A stretch of 64,000 nucleotides of DNA from a candidate division WOR-3 bacterium. GTDB lineage: Bacteria > Hydrothermota > Tepidihabitantia > Tepidihabitantales > Tepidihabitantaceae. The position numbers were made by a program, and so were the translations under genes. Shown piece after piece: positions 1 through 12,480 of the stretch; positions within the stretch are counted from its first letter, which is position 1; each line of letters begins with the position of its first letter. The stretch is taken from positions 13,880 through 77,879 of the forward strand of contig JBBISL010000001.1 in the NCBI GenBank assembly GCA_037441285.1, read 5' to 3'. The notes under the pieces are model-generated. The model saw only the letters and a list, made by a program, of their open reading frames with translations. It searched no databases and was not told where the DNA came from.

Positions 1-2
1 AT

Positions 3-2771
3 TTTGGCCGGTACCACTCCTATCAGGAAATAATGGACACATTCGCCCTGATTGCTGCCACCTATCCGAACATCTGTCAACTGGAGACGATTGCGGTCTC
101 GCCAACCGGTAAGTTTTTAATCGCTTTGAAGATTACTCAGAACCCAACGGTTGAGAATCATCGGCCCAGACTGGAGTGGGATGGTTCAATTCATGGCAAC
201 GAGAACATCGGGACTGAAATCTGCTGGTATATTACCCGACGCCTGACCGAAGGTTATGGGTCAGACCCGCTAATTACTCATCTGGTCAACACCAGGGAAA
301 TCTGGGTGGTTCCCTGTATGAATCCGGAAGGTTTGATTAACCGCAGTCGGAGTAACTCCAATGGCATTGATATGAACCGCGATTTTGGTTATGCCTGGAA
401 TCAGGAGTCCGGGGCTGATGTTCCCTGGAGTCAACCCGAGATTCAGGGGTTCAGAAATTTTATGCAGCGCCAGCCGTTTGTGATTACGATGACCTATCAC
501 AGCGGCACCAGGTCGGTAATGTGGCCCTGGAGTTACTCTCAAATCGCTACCCGGGATAGCGTTGCCCATCAACAGTTGTGTGAGTTGTACGGTAGTATCA
601 CCGGATATCCGGCATTTCAGATTTCCCGGGGGCTTTATGTGTGTTCCGGTACCTCCTCGGACTTTACCTATGGGGCGGAAGGTGCCTTGGGTCTGGCGGC
701 TGAAGTGGCAAACGGTCAACCACCACCTCAGGGTGATATTGATACAATCTGTCGGGCGAACTGGACTGCAAGCGTTCAGTTGATGATTCGTGGTGCGTGG
801 GGGATTCGTGGCCAGATAACCGATTCCGTTACCGGTTTGCCCATAAAGCGGGCGATTGTAGTCCCGGTGCCGACAAACTGGATGGTGTACGCCGATACTA
901 CCGGCTGGTTTTTTAAATATGTTTTACCGGGGACATATACCCTAAAGGTGATGGCGGATGGTTATCGGACCAAGACGGTCAGCGGCATCGTTGTTCCTAA
1001 CGACACCTTTGTTGTGGTCAATGTGGCATTGAATCCGGACTCGACCGCACCAATTACCGGTTACAAGGTTACCACCTGGATTTGTAAGAGTGCAACCGGT
1101 GCCGGTTCAACAATGGGGCTTGCGGCTCTGGGCAAAAGGGATAACAGTACGCTGAGTTTAACCACGCGGGGTATGGCGGTTATTGAACTTTCCGAAGAGA
1201 TAATAAACGGACCCGGAACCGATTTTACGGTCTATTCTACTACTAACAAACCCTGTTCGGTGTTCGTGTCGAGTGAGTGGAATGGACCCTGGTCGTTCTG
1301 TGCTTATGGTTCGGGTAACATCACCTGCGACCTTGCCAGTGCCGGGATTAATATCGCAAAGTTCGTTCGACTCAACGATGCGGGCCAGAATTACGACCTT
1401 GATGCTGTCGAAGGGGTGGTTGTTAATGCACCGGCGTTGGTTTTTCAGAATAAAACGGTAATCGATTCACCACCTGGAGGTAATGGCGATGGGAAACTTG
1501 ACCCGGGTGAGAGCGCGGCATTGACCGTGGCGTTGCGTAATGCCGGTCGGCTGGGTGCAAGCAATGTTACCGGTGTGCTTCGAACTTCCAGCCCGTTTGT
1601 TTCGGTCATTGATTCAAACGGAACTTTTGGCGACATTCTCCCTGATTCGGTGGCAACAAACAGCGCAGACCGGTTTATGGTTGTTGCCGCACCCGAGACA
1701 CCGCGGGAGCACCAGGCGGAGATGAAACTTTATCTATCAGGCACCGGTTATTCCGATAGTGTCAGTTTTATCGTTACGGTGGGTGAGTTGCGAGTCGTTG
1801 ACCCAATACCCGATAATGCAAACCCGGTAATTTATTGGGCTTACGATGAAATTGATACGCTTTATACCGAACATCCTGAGTTCAACTGGGTGGAGATTAG
1901 AAACCTCGGTACAAGGCTAACTTTAAGCGACGACCAAACCGTCCAGATAACTCTACCACCATCTTTTGGTCCTTTCATCTTCTATGGACAGCCCTACACT
2001 CAGGTTTCGGTCTGTTCTAACGGCTGGCTGGCGCCAGGATACACAACATCAACTGCGTATCAAAATACCAGTTTGCCCAACAGTTCAATGCCACAGTTGC
2101 TTGCGGTAAACTGGGACGACCTGTATCCACCCAGTGGCAATGGTGTTTGGTACTATCACGACAGCGCCCATCACCGTTTTATTGTGGAATGGGATTCGGT
2201 TCGTTATTTCAACCCTAATACGATATGGGAAAAGTTCCAGATAATTCTTTACGATACCACGCTGGCGGGTGAGGATGGCAACTGTAAGTTTGCCTTTCAG
2301 TATCTAACTGCGAACTATCCAGGACATTCAGCAACTGTCGGGGTTCAGGACCAGGGTGGGGCTCGGTTTATTCAGGTACTCTACAACGGGACCTATCACC
2401 GGGCGGCATCGCCCTGGATTCCAGGTCATGCGATAGAGTTTTCGACCGATTACCAGACCGGAATTGCTGAGAGCCGGGTATCAGGATTATCAGCGGCACG
2501 CTTAGCACTGCGGGTGGTGGAAAACCCCGCTCCGAGTAGAGTGGTCCTGCATTACTCTTTACCTTTTGCCGACCGGGTAAATCTGGATGTGTTTGACCGT
2601 TCGGGCAGGTTGATACGCCGATTTGAATTGGGCGAACAGCGTTCGGGAAATTACAAAGTCCAGTGGGATGGACGCGATAATCAAGGACATACAGTTCCAG
2701 CCGGAATTTACTGGGTTCGGCTTTCAACCAGCCGACAGTTAAAAACGGTCAAGGCGGTACTGGTGCGCTGA
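3..2771 (+). CDS. Secreted M14 zinc carboxypeptidase with carboxypeptidase-regulatory/Ig-like domains and C-terminal FlgD-Ig/T9SS-like domain (5'-truncated by window edge)
   Basis: M14 motifs HGNE, NPEG...R.NSNGIDMNRDF and YH. C-terminus has VQWDGRDNQGHTVPAGIYWVRL. The frame is open back to position 3 (FGRYHSYQEIM), so the true start lies upstream of the window. Confidence 0.9.
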   Translation, partial: FGRYHSYQEIMDTFALIAATYPNICQLETIAVSPTGKFLIALKITQNPTVENHRPRLEWDGSIHGNENIGTEICWYITRRLTEGYGSDPLITHLVNTREIWVVPCMNPEGLINRSRSNSNGIDMNRDFGYAWNQESGADVPWSQPEIQGFRNFMQRQPFVITMTYHSGTRSVMWPWSYSQIATRDSVAHQQLCELYGSITGYPAFQISRGLYVCSGTSSDFTYGAEGALGLAAEVANGQPPPQGDIDTICRANWTASVQLMIRGAWGIRGQITDSVTGLPIKRAIVVPVPTNWMVYADTTGWFFKYVLPGTYTLKVMADGYRTKTVSGIVVPNDTFVVVNVALNPDSTAPITGYKVTTWICKSATGAGSTMGLAALGKRDNSTLSLTTRGMAVIELSEEIINGPGTDFTVYSTTNKPCSVFVSSEWNGPWSFCAYGSGNITCDLASAGINIAKFVRLNDAGQNYDLDAVEGVVVNAPALVFQNKTVIDSPPGGNGDGKLDPGESAALTVALRNAGRLGASNVTGVLRTSSPFVSVIDSNGTFGDILPDSVATNSADRFMVVAAPETPREHQAEMKLYLSGTGYSDSVSFIVTVGELRVVDPIPDNANPVIYWAYDEIDTLYTEHPEFNWVEIRNLGTRLTLSDDQTVQITLPPSFGPFIFYGQPYTQVSVCSNGWLAPGYTTSTAYQNTSLPNSSMPQLLAVNWDDLYPPSGNGVWYYHDSAHHRFIVEWDSVRYFNPNTIWEKFQIILYDTTLAGEDGNCKFAFQYLTANYPGHSATVGVQDQGGARFIQVLYNGTYHRAASPWIPGHAIEFSTDYQTGIAESRVSGLSAARLALRVVENPAPSRVVLHYSLPFADRVNLDVFDRSGRLIRRFELGEQRSGNYKVQWDGRDNQGHTVPAGIYWVRLSTSRQLKTVKAVLVR

Positions 2772-2776
2772 GCGGT

Positions 2777-3292
2777 ATGAGAAAGGACAAAGAAAAAAAA
2801 CAGAGCAGGGGAAGTCTCAATCCTACCCGAAACAGGTTGCAATCATGCCCGCGTAAGACTTGGGATGAGTATTTTATCGCCATCGCCCGCCTTGTGTCAG
2901 AACGGTCTACCTGTTTACGACGGAAGGTTGGTGCAATTCTGGTTCGGGAAAAACGGATTCTCTGTACCGGTTACAATGGGGCGCCGCACGGATTGCTCCA
3001 TTGTGAGAAAGTGGGTTGTCTGCGCGATGAACTTAGGATTCCAGCCGGAGAGCGGATTGAGATTTGCCGGGGAATTCACGCCGAGCAGAATACGCTGGTT
3101 CAAGCGGCGGCATTCGGTATCAGTGTTTCCGGAGCTACTCTTTATTGCACCCATGCACCTTGTATTACCTGCGCCAAGATGTTGATCAATGCGGGTATCC
3201 GGGAGTTTGTTATTGCGGATGACTATCCGGACGATTTTGCTCGCTCCTTTCTGGTTGAGGCGAGCGTTGTGGTGCGACGGATACGGGGGTAA
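2777..3292 (+). CDS. dCMP deaminase / cytidine-deoxycytidylate deaminase family protein
   Basis: WDEYF, RSTCLRRKVGA, TGYNG, HAEQN and PCITC zinc-deaminase motifs. Confidence 0.92.
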   Translation: MRKDKEKKQSRGSLNPTRNRLQSCPRKTWDEYFIAIARLVSERSTCLRRKVGAILVREKRILCTGYNGAPHGLLHCEKVGCLRDELRIPAGERIEICRGIHAEQNTLVQAAAFGISVSGATLYCTHAPCITCAKMLINAGIREFVIADDYPDDFARSFLVEASVVVRRIRG

Positions 3293-3364
3293 AAGAAGTC
3301 CAGAGTGCACTGATGGTAACAGTTGACCTTGAGAGGTAGCACATTATATTTACCACCGAGAGCG

Positions 3365-3625
3365 ATGATTAAAGAAGAGTTGATTATTGGCGGTCCGGTT
3401 GGTCTTCATGCTCGGCCCGCAGCGGAGTTTGTCCGGCTTGCCGAAAAGTTTCAATCGCGGGTGAGGCTTGCCAAGGATGGCATCTGGGTTAATGGCAAGA
3501 GTATTCTCGCGATTCTGACCCTGGCAGCGGAGAAAGGAAGTGTTGTAACGCTCGAGGTGAGTGGCGTTGATGAGGAAGAGGCGTTTCGGGTTTTAAAGGA
3601 GAAGTTGACCAAGAATGATTCGTAA
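3365..3625 (+). CDS. ptsH: Phosphocarrier protein HPr
   Basis: GLHARPA (His15 motif) and KSIL (Ser46 motif). Start moved from TTG 3323 to ATG 3365 to give a typical HPr length. Confidence 0.93.
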   Translation: MIKEELIIGGPVGLHARPAAEFVRLAEKFQSRVRLAKDGIWVNGKSILAILTLAAEKGSVVTLEVSGVDEEEAFRVLKEKLTKNDS

Positions 3626-5423
3626 ACCGGTGGATTCCCGTTTGCGCGGGAAACCAAAAGAAAGAATTATCCGGTCAATCCCGGTGTCGGCGGGTTTCGC
3701 CCGGGGCAAGGTTTTTATTTATCGAGTGTATTTACCAGAGGTTGAGGAAAGAACCATTTTCCCCACAGAGGTAACAAGAGAGATTGAGCGATTCAAGAAA
3801 GCGATTAAAATTACGAACGATGATTTACGGAAGTTGAAAGAGCGGGTGAAAAAAGAGATGGGGCGGGATTTTGCCGATTTTATCGATGTTCAACTGGCGG
3901 TGTTAAACGATGAGGAGGTGCTTAAGAAAACTGAGCAGTTCATCCGTGAGCGGTTACGAAACGCCGAATTCGCTTATACGCAAACTCTAAAACAGCTTAC
4001 CGCCAATGTGAGCCGAGCCGGACTGTCCTTTTTCCGCGAGCGGTTTGTCGATGTCGCTGATGTTTCGGCTCGGGTACTTTCCGTACTGCTCGGAGATGAG
4101 CTGCCCTCGATTCATACGCTCGAGCCGGGTTCGATAATAGTTGCCCATGAGTTACCGCCTTCGGAGACGGCACTACTTGACCCGGGAAAAGTTGCGGCTG
4201 TGGTCCTTGAAGCCGGGGGCAAAACATCGCATACCGCAATTATGGCAAAGGCGAAGGAGATTCCTGCGGTAGTAGGGGCAGAAGGCATTCTGCGCGAGGT
4301 TAAAGATGGTGACGATGTGTTTGTTGACGGGTATCGGGGAATTGTGTTCGTTAACCCGACGCCCAGCCGTCTTAATACCTACAAAAATGAGATTGAGCGT
4401 TACCGTGCGCACCGGGCGTCACTTAAAGCACTGGTTGAAGAAGAGGCGGTCACGCTTGATGGTAAGGTAATCGACCTGTCGGCGAACATCGAATTTCTCA
4501 TTGAGGCGAAAGTTGCCCGGGAAAACGGTGCGCGTGGCGTCGGTTTGTTTCGTACCGAGTACATTTATCTGGCAAAGCGCCGGCCGCCAACTGAAGAGGA
4601 GCAGTATGCGGTGTATCGTGATGTTGCCGAAATGTTTAAGCCCTATCCGGTGATAGTGCGCACCTTTGATTTAGGAGGTGATAAGGTAATTCCCGGTTAT
4701 TCTGAGGCAAATCCGTTTCTGGGCTGGCGGGCAATCCGATTGTGTCTTGATGACCCGGCATTGTTTAAAACGCAGTTGCGAGCAATTTTGAGGGCATCAA
4801 GCCACGGTAATGTCAAGGTGATGTTCCCGATGATTGCGACAATTGAAGAGTTACGACGGGCAAAGCTCTTGCTTGAAGAGGCGAAGAAGGAGTTGCGCCG
4901 CGAAGGCAAAGGTTTTAATGAACAAATTGAGGTCGGGGTGATGGTTGAGACACCATCCGCGGCACTGCTGGCACAGCAGTTTGCCAGCGAATGTAATTTT
5001 CTATCCATCGGCTCCAATGACCTGACGCAGTATACACTGGCGGTTGACCGTGGTAATGAACTTGTTGCAAAGTTGTTTGACCATCTACACCCGGCGGTGC
5101 TGCAGTTGATTAAACTGACGATTGATGCGGCACACCGTCAGGGTATCTGGGTTGGAATGTGTGGTGAGTTTGGCGCCGACCCGCTGGGTATTGTTCTGTT
5201 ACTGGGGATGGGAATTGATGAGATTTCAGTAGTACCGGGAATGATCCCAGAGGTGAAAAATATCATCCGTTCGGTTGACACAACTATTGCCCGGGAGGTA
5301 GCATCCCAGGCGTTGGAGCTTTCGACCGCACTGGAGGTTGAGCGATTGCTCTATCGGGAGTTACACCGGCGTTTTCCCAAACTGTCGCAGTCGCTGTTTG
5401 CCCTCGGCGAGAGAAAGAAGTGA
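3615..5423 (+). CDS. ptsI: PTS enzyme I (PEP-protein phosphotransferase)
   Basis: GGKTSHTAI phospho-His motif, plus GVGLFRTE, RTFDLGGDK, NPFLGWRAIR, SIGSNDLTQY and GMCGE. Confidence 0.97.
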   Translation: MIRKPVDSRLRGKPKERIIRSIPVSAGFARGKVFIYRVYLPEVEERTIFPTEVTREIERFKKAIKITNDDLRKLKERVKKEMGRDFADFIDVQLAVLNDEEVLKKTEQFIRERLRNAEFAYTQTLKQLTANVSRAGLSFFRERFVDVADVSARVLSVLLGDELPSIHTLEPGSIIVAHELPPSETALLDPGKVAAVVLEAGGKTSHTAIMAKAKEIPAVVGAEGILREVKDGDDVFVDGYRGIVFVNPTPSRLNTYKNEIERYRAHRASLKALVEEEAVTLDGKVIDLSANIEFLIEAKVARENGARGVGLFRTEYIYLAKRRPPTEEEQYAVYRDVAEMFKPYPVIVRTFDLGGDKVIPGYSEANPFLGWRAIRLCLDDPALFKTQLRAILRASSHGNVKVMFPMIATIEELRRAKLLLEEAKKELRREGKGFNEQIEVGVMVETPSAALLAQQFASECNFLSIGSNDLTQYTLAVDRGNELVAKLFDHLHPAVLQLIKLTIDAAHRQGIWVGMCGEFGADPLGIVLLLGMGIDEISVVPGMIPEVKNIIRSVDTTIAREVASQALELSTALEVERLLYRELHRRFPKLSQSLFALGERKK

Positions 5424-6441
5424 GTAAAATGGAAGATAAAAAAATGCTAAAACTTATCTATGGGTTGCCCGAACAACTTGGTCAGGCAGCTGCAATTGGC
5501 CGGGGCGGTCCAATAGTTTTTAAGAGGGAATTGGAGAATGTCGTAATTGCCGGTATGGGTGGTTCGGCAATGGGCGGTGATGTAGTGCGAACCGTATTGA
5601 ACGAAGAGGCTTTGTTACCAGTTGCGGTCTGGCGAGATTACCGGTTGCCAGCGACAGTCGGGAAAAAGACACTTTTGTTTCTTAGCAGTTACTCTGGTAA
5701 TACAGAAGAGACAATCAGTGCCTATGAGGAAGGACGGCGACGCGGCGCTTTGATATTTGTCATTACCAGCGGTGGCAAAATGGCTGAAATGGCAAAGGCG
5801 GACGGTTTTCCCTTGCTTCTTGTTCCAGGGGGAATGCCGCCGCGAACCGCCGTGGGCTATATGAGCGTTCCGATATTAATGGTGCTCTTCCGGCTCAAGA
5901 TGTGCCGGGATTATACATCAGACATCATTGAGGCGCAGCGGCTGATAAAACAGCGGCTCAGAGTGTGGCAGAGGCGGGCAACTGTTTTCGCGCCGCTTTT
6001 ATTGAATCGCCTGCCCGCGATTTATTCAACCGCCCGGCTGCTTGATATCGCGGCTTATCGCTGGCAGTGTCAGTTGAATGAAAACGCCAAGGTGTTCTGC
6101 CATAGCGGTATGCTGCCCGAGCAGAGCCATAATGAGATAATGGGTTTCGGCGCGCCGCAATTTCTAAAGCGCAAAATTTATACGGTTGTTCTTGTGGACA
6201 AAAACTCTCACCCCAGGACCTTGCAGCGTTTGCGGGAGATGAGAAAACTTGTTGAAGGAAGTTGGGCGGGTATGCACATCGTAAAAACCGAAGGTGTTTC
6301 GCCGCTGGCACGCCTGTTTTCATCAGTGGTGATGGGCGACCTGGTAAGTGTTGCCCTTGCTCAAAAAAGAGGTGTTGACCCGATAGGTATTCCCCGGATT
6401 GATAAATTAAAACAGGCGCTGGCAAGAAGGAGCAAGGTAAA

Positions 6442-6445
<4 letters not shown>
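5420..6445 (+). CDS. Bifunctional phosphoglucose/phosphomannose isomerase (SIS domain)
   Basis: GMGGSAMGG, SSYSGNTEET, QLNENAK and PEQSHNE motifs. Confidence 0.9.
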
Positions 6446-8582
<2,137 letters not shown>

Positions 8583-8598
8583 ACCATAGGAGGCATAA

Positions 8599-9741
8599 AT
8601 GAGGATAATAACAACCGTAGGTACCATCTGTCTGATGCTCGGTCTGGGCATATTTGCCTGCGGTCCGGGCAATGTTATCAAAATCGGAGTAGTTGCTCCT
8701 CTAACCGGAGATGTTAAAACCTTCGGTGAGTCAACGATCAACGGTATTACCCTGGCGGTAGAAGAGGCAAACCGTGCCGGTGGGATTAACGGCAAACAGA
8801 TAAAACTGTTTATCTCGGACGACAAGAACGACCCGACCGAAGCAGCAAATGCTGGTGGTAAGTTGATTGAGCTGGATGGAGTGGTGGCGATTATCGGTTC
8901 GGTCTCGACTAAGTGTTCTTTGCCACTGGCAGACAAGTGTCAGGTGGCAAGGATTCCGATGCTGACCCCGACATCAACCAATCCTAAAGTAACGGTGACC
9001 GATGATGGCAAGCACAAAGAGTTTATCTTTCGCGCCTGTTTTACCGATTCTTTCCAGGGTGTGGTTGCTGCCCGGTTTGCGGCTGAGAGCTTAAAAGCGA
9101 AAACCGCGGCGGTAATGTTTGATGTCGGCAATGACTATTCCAAAGGACTGGCTGAGTATTTCAAGCGTTTCTTTGAACAGGCGGGCGGTAAGGTGGTCGC
9201 ATTTGAATCCTATCAGAAAGATGATGCCGACTTCTCAGCGCTTTTGACCAAGATTAAACAGCAAAAGCCCGAGGTAGTTTTTCTACCGGATTACTACAAC
9301 AAGGTCGGTTTGATTGTTAAACAGGCATATCAACTCGGTCTGGAGACGAAATTCTTAGGCGGTGATGGCTGGGATTCTCCGGCGATGCTCGAAATTGCTG
9401 GTAAGGAGGTAGCGGGAAGTTATTTTGTCAATCACTATTCTGCCGATGACCCCAGACCGGAAGTACAGAACTGGGTAAACAAATACCAGGCGCGGTTTGG
9501 CCAGAAGCCGGATGCGATGGCAACACTCGGGTATGATGCGGCGCTGTTGTTGATTGCCGCCCTGAAAAATGCGCCTACTGCTAAACCGGATGAAATCCGT
9601 CATGAACTGAGTCAGATTAAAGATTATCCCTGTGTTTCAGGTGCAATCTCTTTTGACGAGTGGGGTAACCCGATTAAGCGCGCCGCAATTATCCAGTGGA
9701 CCGAAACGGGGCAAAGGTATGTTACTTCGTTCAATCCCTAA
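8599..9741 (+). CDS. Branched-chain amino acid ABC transporter substrate-binding lipoprotein (LivK/LivJ family)
   Basis: Lipobox-like IFAC, IKIGVVAPLTG, GGINGKQIKL, FRACFTD.FQG and GGDGWDS. AGGAGG RBS upstream. Confidence 0.92.
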   Translation: MRIITTVGTICLMLGLGIFACGPGNVIKIGVVAPLTGDVKTFGESTINGITLAVEEANRAGGINGKQIKLFISDDKNDPTEAANAGGKLIELDGVVAIIGSVSTKCSLPLADKCQVARIPMLTPTSTNPKVTVTDDGKHKEFIFRACFTDSFQGVVAARFAAESLKAKTAAVMFDVGNDYSKGLAEYFKRFFEQAGGKVVAFESYQKDDADFSALLTKIKQQKPEVVFLPDYYNKVGLIVKQAYQLGLETKFLGGDGWDSPAMLEIAGKEVAGSYFVNHYSADDPRPEVQNWVNKYQARFGQKPDAMATLGYDAALLLIAALKNAPTAKPDEIRHELSQIKDYPCVSGAISFDEWGNPIKRAAIIQWTETGQRYVTSFNP

Positions 9742-9773
9742 GTAGAGGCTTAAAGGCAGATTCGGCTCGACCG

Positions 9774-9803
9774 CAGGGGTGTGAAAAACACCCCTGTTTT
9801 ATT
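9774..9803. terminator. Intrinsic terminator hairpin between convergent genes
   Basis: CAGGGGTGT-GAAAA-ACACCCCTG (9-bp stem) followed by TTTTATT. Confidence 0.75.
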
Positions 9804-11136
9804 CTATCCATTCAACATCGGGCAAGTTAAGCTCTTCCTTTGTGACATTACCCATTATTACCATAATATAGTGGTCAGGAAACAGATGTTGTTTTGCCGC
9901 TTCGTTTACTTGTTGTAATGTTGTTGTCCGTACCCGAGCGGGAAACTGTTCCAGCCAGTCGATGCCCAAATGGTAAAGTTCAATTTCCGTCACCCGGTCC
10001 AGTTTGCCTTGATTTGAACTGTAGGAGAGCGGAAAACTGCCCGTAAAATAATTTTGTGCCTTGAGTAATTCGGATTGAGTTGCCCCTTTTTCGTGCATTT
10101 GCCAGATTTCCGCAAGCATCTTTTCTATCGCCTCTTTTGGTTTTGCGGTCTGCACAGTGGCGCGAAAGGCACCGGGTAAAATGCGGCGGTCAAACCAGCA
10201 TCGGACATCGTAGGCAAGTCCACCATATTCCCGGACGGCAAGACCCATCCTTGAGGAAAGAGGAGGACCTCCAAGAATATAAGACATCAAGCGTATCGCG
10301 ATTAAATCCTTATTGAACATTGAAATACCTGGGTGCCCAAACTGGATGTAAGTTTGGTTCATGTCTTTCCGAGTAATCAATTTGACCTGAATTTTTTCAG
10401 GTACGGTAAGTTCGGGCGGTTGCGGGTTACTGACCGGTCCGGATTGCCAGTTACCAAAACGACGATTGACTTCGTTTTTTATGTCATCGTGGTCGACGGC
10501 ACCAACGAAGACGATAAAGCAGTTGTTAGGGACAAAATGAGACTTATGGAAGTTTTTCAAATCGTCGCGCGTAATCTTTCGGATTGTTGCGGTATCGCCC
10601 CGAGGAGGCAACGAATAACGATGTTTACCGAAGAGAAGGCGGTCAAACTCCATCCCGACAACCGAACTTGGATAGTCATAAGCGCGACGCGCACCACTCA
10701 GTGCCTGTTCCCGGGCGCGCGTAAACTCATCAATCGGAAAGGTTGGTTCAAGAATTATCTCTGATAAGATGTCGAGTCCGGTGGTTAGGTCTTTACTCAA
10801 AAGTCGGAGGTTGATGAAACTGTGGTCAAAATCGGTTCCGGAACCATAGCGGGCACCGATGAAATCGAGAGTCTGGGCGATTGAGTCAGCGGTCAAGTTT
10901 TTTGTACCCCGCAAGAGCATATCAGTACAAAGACTGGCGGTACCGGCTTTACCATCAGGGTCAGAAACAGCACCGCTTCGGCAAACGAACGAGATGTCCA
11001 CCATTGGTAAACGGTGGTCTTCGTAAGTAAGGATGATAAGTCCGTTGGGCAGTGAGTCACGAAAAAGCATTGCCCCGGACAGATTACCGATAACGACCAA
11101 GAGACTAATTAGATGTTGTTTACCCGGGAAGTTCAT
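9799..11136 (-). CDS. M16 (pitrilysin) family peptidase, non-catalytic subunit
   Basis: M16 fold motifs (LPNGL, DPDGKAGTA, RGTK, SSRM..VRE..GLAY) without HxxEH. Overlaps the upstream partner by ATGA. Confidence 0.88.
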   Translation of the reverse strand: MNFPGKQHLISLLVVIGNLSGAMLFRDSLPNGLIILTYEDHRLPMVDISFVCRSGAVSDPDGKAGTASLCTDMLLRGTKNLTADSIAQTLDFIGARYGSGTDFDHSFINLRLLSKDLTTGLDILSEIILEPTFPIDEFTRAREQALSGARRAYDYPSSVVGMEFDRLLFGKHRYSLPPRGDTATIRKITRDDLKNFHKSHFVPNNCFIVFVGAVDHDDIKNEVNRRFGNWQSGPVSNPQPPELTVPEKIQVKLITRKDMNQTYIQFGHPGISMFNKDLIAIRLMSYILGGPPLSSRMGLAVREYGGLAYDVRCWFDRRILPGAFRATVQTAKPKEAIEKMLAEIWQMHEKGATQSELLKAQNYFTGSFPLSYSSNQGKLDRVTEIELYHLGIDWLEQFPARVRTTTLQQVNEAAKQHLFPDHYIMVIMGNVTKEELNLPDVEWIE

Positions 11137-12476
11137 CTTGCCTCCTTATCCGAAAGAAGGACGCCGACGATGCGCCGTTTTTCAGTTAGATATTGTTTAC
11201 AGAAAAAAATAACCTGTTCCGGGGTAGTTTTCTCGATATGTTCGATTTGCTGCAAAAAATGGCGCCAGTTGCCGGCGGTAATCTGCGAAGTAGCAAGTAA
11301 CCAGGCGATATCAGAAATGTCGTCACGGTCAAACAGTGCCGCGGCAAGGGTTTGATTTTTTACCCGTTGCAGTTCTTGGGCGCTTACCGGCTCGGTTGCC
11401 ATCTTTTTTAGTTCAGTAAGAATGATGTTCTCGATGCGAGGTATGAGGCTCTCGGCTTTGGGGGTAACGCTGATTTCGAGAATTCCCGGGTCGCGTTCCA
11501 CTGAGTTCCAGGCGGAAACCGAAGTGGCAAGGCCGGAGTCAATAACCAGTGTTCGATAGAGACGGGAGTTTCGCCCACCACCTAAAATCGCTGCCACCAC
11601 ATCTCCAACAATGTAAAGTGAATCGCGAATTCCGGGTGTCGGAAAGCCGATTAAGAGCGTGGGGACATTGACGCGTTTGCGTAAAACAAGTCGCCTTTCA
11701 CCCGCCAGAGCAGGCTCGATATCGTAAAAATCTGGTCTTTTGACTGGTGTACCTTTCATTCTGCCGTAATACTTTTCCGCTTTTGACCTTACTTCTTCCG
11801 GTCGCACATCACCGGCGATGACGATGACCGCATTTGCCGGGTTATAATATTTTTTGTACCAGTCGCGGACCTTTTCAACGGTAAACTTTCCCACATCATC
11901 AGCCCAGCCGATTGTGGGATTACGGTGGGGATGGGCAAGAAAGGCAATTGCCTCAAACTGTTCCCAGAGGGCACTGGTCGGACGGTTATCCTGCAGGCGC
12001 CTTTCTTCAGCGACCACTTGATGCTCGCTTTCAAACTCGGAGTCGGGAAAGATGCAATTATTCATTCTCGCTGCTTCCAGTTTTAGCGCCAGTTCCCAGT
12101 GTTCTTTTGCCAGTTCTTCATAATAACCGGTGTAATAGGTTGAGGTAAAGCCGTTGTTGTTGGCGCCTACCGAATCAAGCATCCGGTCGAAGTCACCGGG
12201 TTTGTAGATATCAGTATGCTTGAAACTCATATGTTCTACCATATGGGAGATTCCGGTACTGCCGGTTTGTTCATCGTAGGAACCAACACGATAATAGACA
12301 TTGACGGAAACAACGGGCGCCGAGGAGTCAAAGTAGTGGATGACATGCAAGCCGTTTTTCAGGTTGAATTCGGTAACACGGGATTCGATTGCGGTAATTT
12401 CTCCTTTGGTTTCGTGATGCTCAACTTCTGATGGCACTGTAAAGACAAAAAACAAGAAAAGGACATTGTATAGCAT
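11133..12476 (-). CDS. M16 family zinc peptidase, catalytic subunit
   Basis: GISHMVEHM (HxxEH), NGFTS and VVAEERR. N-terminal hydrophobic signal. Confidence 0.92.
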   Translation of the reverse strand: MLYNVLFLFFVFTVPSEVEHHETKGEITAIESRVTEFNLKNGLHVIHYFDSSAPVVSVNVYYRVGSYDEQTGSTGISHMVEHMSFKHTDIYKPGDFDRMLDSVGANNNGFTSTYYTGYYEELAKEHWELALKLEAARMNNCIFPDSEFESEHQVVAEERRLQDNRPTSALWEQFEAIAFLAHPHRNPTIGWADDVGKFTVEKVRDWYKKYYNPANAVIVIAGDVRPEEVRSKAEKYYGRMKGTPVKRPDFYDIEPALAGERRLVLRKRVNVPTLLIGFPTPGIRDSLYIVGDVVAAILGGGRNSRLYRTLVIDSGLATSVSAWNSVERDPGILEISVTPKAESLIPRIENIILTELKKMATEPVSAQELQRVKNQTLAAALFDRDDISDIAWLLATSQITAGNWRHFLQQIEHIEKTTPEQVIFFCKQYLTEKRRIVGVLLSDKEAR

Positions 12477-12480
12477 ATAA